This document shows, piece by piece, positions 59,370 to 64,000 of a DNA stretch of 64,000 nucleotides. Under the pieces are notes generated by a model. That model made no database searches, was not told the origin of the DNA, and saw only the letters and a program-made list of their open reading frames with translations. The stretch is taken from assembly GCF_009914755.1 (NCBI RefSeq), contig NC_060927.1. One strand, 5' to 3'. Position 1 is the first letter of the stretch; each line of letters starts with the position of its first letter. Both the position numbers and the translations under genes were made by a program. This DNA comes from the human T2T-CHM13v2.0 reference genome, Homo sapiens.

Positions 59370-61870
59370 AAAAGTTTTAATGACACCCGAAACACCTATT
59401 AAGAACAATCAAACAACATCTAGACATGGAAATTTTCAACGAAGTGCTATTCTGTAACATAAGCCTTACAAGTTTTAAAGGCATGGTTATCATACAAAAC
59501 ATGTTCTCAAACTACAATGTGATTAAATAAATAACAGAAGGATAACCAAAAAGAAGGTGCAATTCTCAACTCATTTAATGAGAATAACATTATCTAAACA
59601 CCAAAACCACATATGGAGAGAACAAGAAAAGAAAATTGTAGGACAGCCTCATTAATGACTACAGATAGAAAATTCCTACCAAAAAAAATAGCAAAACAAA
59701 TAGCAATGTATTTAAAAAAAAATACCATTATCATGTTGTTTATCACAAAAATACAATATAAGCTTAATTTACTTTGAAAATCAATTAATGGAGTTAACAA
59801 ATTGAAGATATAAATCACATCATCTCTATAGATTCAGAAAAAGCATTCAATAAAGCTAAACCCCCACCTATGATTGAAATCACTAGTAAATTAATAATAG
59901 AAGGAAACTTTTTTTAACCAAGTAAGGGACACCATTAAAAAATGCCTACAACATATATTCTTAAATGATGCCACTTACAACCACAAAAAGGTCTTTTGGA
60001 GAACATTTTAACAATTTATTTGAAGACATTAAAAACACTCTAAATAAATGATCTTGGATAGTAAGACTCAATATCATAAAGATTTCAATTCTTCCCTAAA
60101 TGAATTATACCTGGATTCAATACAATTCTAGTCAAAGCAGCAATAGGATTTCTATAGAACTTGACGAGCTGAATCTAAAATTTCTGAATCATTAGGCATG
60201 AATATAGATTTTTTTAAAAAGAAACATGATTTTTTACTCACCCCATAAATACAAATTAAATTTTTTCTTGTTTATTTTGTTTTGTGACGGGGTCTCTTTA
60301 TATTGCTCAATCTGATCGGAACTCCTGGACTCAAGGGATACTCCCTCCTCAATCTTCCAAGTAGCTGGTCGTACAGATATGAGCCACTGTGCCTTGCAAA
60401 AATTAATTTCAACGTATTAAAAACTGAAATGTAAAAGGCAAAACTACAAAAATATTTTATGACATAGGAGAATATCTTCATAATATTAGGGTAGAGGTGA
60501 TTTATTACATGAGATGCAAAAATATTGATGTTTTAAAACCACATCAAAGATTTTTTAAAAAATCACAATAAAGAAGATGAATCACAGATGGGAGTAGATA
60601 TTTGAAATTTATAACTCTCAAAGTCTAATATTCAGAGTATTCAAAGCCCTCCTACAGATAAATGTTTAAAAGAAAAAAAAAACATTAGAAAAACAGGCAG
60701 CAGATTCAAACAGGCACTTTCAAAAGAAGAAATCCAAGTGGCCAATAAACAAATGAAAAGCTGAGCAACATCATTAGTATTCAGGGAAAGTAAATTAAAA
60801 CCACAGTGGGATATGATTACCAAAGCATTAGGCTGGCAAAATTAAAAATCCCACAATACAAGGATTAGCATAAATTTGAAATAATAGGAACTATCATACA
60901 CTGCTCTTGAGTTCGTAAATTTGTACAATAACTTTGGAAAATAATATGACACTATGTAATAAAATTAAGTATAAGCATAGCTGTCAATTATACTACTGGG
61001 AATATATTGTAGAGGAATCCTTACTTGAACACCAAAGGCAGGTACAGCTGAACAGTACATAACAACAACAAGTAGAGGAAATACCTCAAATTTCCATCTA
61101 CAGTAGGATGGATAAACAAATGGTTGTGTATTCACACAATGAAATATTATACAGCAGTAAAATAAAGGAACTACAGCTCCACATGTCATCTTGGAGAAAT
61201 CTCAAAACACATAATATTTGCTGAAAGAAGTGGAGAAAAATTCATATATAATTTTTGTCCCAGCTTGATGGAGCTATGATTGACAATATAAATTGTATAA
61301 ATTTAGGGTGTACAGTATGTTCTGATATATGTACACATTGTGAAATGATACCACACTCACATATCTATCACCTGACAGCTACCGTTTTTTGTTTTTTGTT
61401 TTGGTGAGAACACTTAAGATCTGCTCTTAGCAAATTTCAAGTATACATTATTATTAACATCATTAATAACACAATAATTAATATTTACATTATTTACATG
61501 TTAATATCAACATTATTAACTATAGTCACAATGCTGTACATTGTTCATCGTACTCAATTCCTTTTAAGTACAATTCTGGAACTATCAAGAAAACAACAGA
61601 TTTTTGAAGAATACATATAGATTCTAAGATTATGAAGGAAATCAAGGGAATTATTAGACCAAAATTTAGTCTATGGATTACTCTGGGACTGAGCCATGAG
61701 ACAGCTGCAGTTTGGGAGAAGGAATACCAGAATTTCTAAAGTAGTGGTAATGCTCTATTTCTTATGCTGGGGGCTGGGAATAGGGCTGTTCATTTTTACT
61801 CTCTTTAAATTGAGCATAGACAAATGTATAGGTTCTGTATGTGTGAAGTGATTCTCAATAAAAAGTTTAA
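59370..61870 (+). mobile_element. Old L1 (L1ME-type) fragments with an Alu monomer (60262-60395, -) and a reverse L1 3' end (~61250-61540)
   Basis: L1 ORF2/3'UTR phrases; FLAM-like gggtctc...actcctggactcaag...gagccactgtgcc. Confidence 0.7.
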
Positions 61871-63398
61871 AAACATTTTTCCACCTGCTGTTTTTTGGAA
61901 TGTAAAATACCTTTAGAAATGGAGTTATCCAAGATTATAAATGTTAAAGAAAATCCTGTTTCACATAGGAAGTTTAGATTTTCGTGTGAAAATTAGTTTC
62001 ATTTAAAATAAACAATCTAATCATTGTGATTGTATTAAATTGATAAATATTCTATATCCTTAATCTACTTTACTTACAGAATATTTCAGAATGGAAAACG
62101 TGGGTTGTTTTAAATGCATATATCATATAAGCCATGTCATACCATTATTTTGTCACAAGAGGGACTAGATAGTCAAAAAGTACAGCTTTCTCTTTTGGTT
62201 TCAAGATTATATTCTCTATCTAACATTAATTTTTCATACACTACATTCATGCCAGTAATGTGTTTTAGAATGTAGCACCATTATATATATATTATAAATA
62301 TAATATAAATATATTTATATTTCATATATAATATATATATTTCATATCAACAAAAATGTTAACTACTAGCTTTCTGTTTCACTTCTGATGGATATAGATT
62401 GTATAGAAAGTATTTAACCAGGCTATTATGGTTTCTGATTATGTGCTTTATGAAAATTATTTTTATTTTGTATTAGTACTAAAAATTTTAAAATGAATTG
62501 ATTTTTATATATATATTTGTTTTATTTATTTTTATTTGATGTCCAGATATCTATAAGCATTTGCAACCAATCCACAATTTGATAAGATGAATCAAAGTAA
62601 TTATGAATTTGTTGCTAGGGTAAAACCATGAGTTACTATTTTATCCACTTGACCAGTAGTTTTCACTTAAACTCTGCTCTGAGGAACCTATGGTGTTTCT
62701 GGAAGGTCTGTCAGGGGCCACTATATATTGTGTAGGAGGGATACTTTTTTACTGGGACAATTCTTTACTTAACTTTTCAGATATTGCTCTCTTTTATAAA
62801 GCTTTTATCTATAGAAATAACTACAAATTGAAAACCACTGGACTAGACTGGTAGGAAAAATTAGTATCAGTTGAAATGTATGAAATGTTTTTACATGTGT
62901 TACCTGATTACCACTTTTCAATGTAAAATGTGAACCCTGAGAGGTAACCTTTGTCTTATTCACTGTAGTATCCCCAATGCACATAACAACACATAACACA
63001 TGGTTAAGTCTGTGTAATACATGGTAATGCATGAAACAATCAAATATCACTTAACAAATAAGTTTGTTAAGTGAATAAACAGCTCCAGAAGATAGGCATA
63101 GCAATTATTATCTGAATTTTATCAAAAAGGAAAGAGTAGCTTAGAATAAAAGACTTGCAGAGGGTCATACTATCAGTAAGTAAATCAAGTAGAACACAAA
63201 TCCTCCATCTCCTGGTTTCTAATACATTTTGGATCAAATCTGGGGGAAAGGAGGTGAGGAGAGAATGGGGAAAAAGGAAAGAAAGGAAGTAAAACAGAAT
63301 TTATTTTGCTTTCCACTATACCGCAGCTGCCTCTTATTTGATTGAGCAGGGAAAGATCAACTGTAGTAAAGCAAAAAAGAAAAACACATTTTCACTTA

Positions 63399-63816
<418 letters not shown>

Positions 63817-64000
63817 TCATGACATCATCTATTTCTAAAGGGAGTTTGGGGAATCAGTGCAGGTATCATGTGACTGCTTTCCCCAGCCGCTATTTCCTTC
63901 CCTTTCTTGTGAGTCCTTCAAACATCTGAGAGGGTTGGTTTTTCACTTCCTCTCATTCACGTTGTTGGCAGAACTCAGTTCCTTACAGTGGCAGGACCAA

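Overview
Primate (very probably human or great-ape) genomic DNA, AT-rich and mostly interspersed repeats. It contains the 5' part of the osteocrin/musclin gene OSTN on the + strand: TATA box at 16915, non-coding exon 1 (~16945-17011), coding exon 30237-30338 (signal peptide) and coding exon 36451-36665 (KKKR cleavage site and first natriuretic-peptide-like motif). The last coding exon lies beyond the window. About 600 bp upstream of exon 1 are near-consensus MEF2 sites in the position of the published primate neuronal-activity element, so that system is already described. Upstream lies a defective ERV9/LTR12 provirus (3082-10665) nested in an MST LTR inside an old L1, with an AluY in gag. The introns hold two THE1 proviruses in inverted orientation around exon 3, a cluster of antisense ERV1 solo LTRs, about 20 Alus and a tailless tRNA-Ile half. 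I see no convincing new protein-coding system. The best unexplained leads are: an AP-1/ARE site gained in the ERV9 3' LTR, a possible LTR12-OSTN chimeric transcript, a recursive-splice-like site in intron 1, the inverted THE1 pair, and an AluY with strand-biased cytosine mutations. Repeat subfamily names come from recalled consensus sequences, not a database search, and boundaries of old repeats are approximate.
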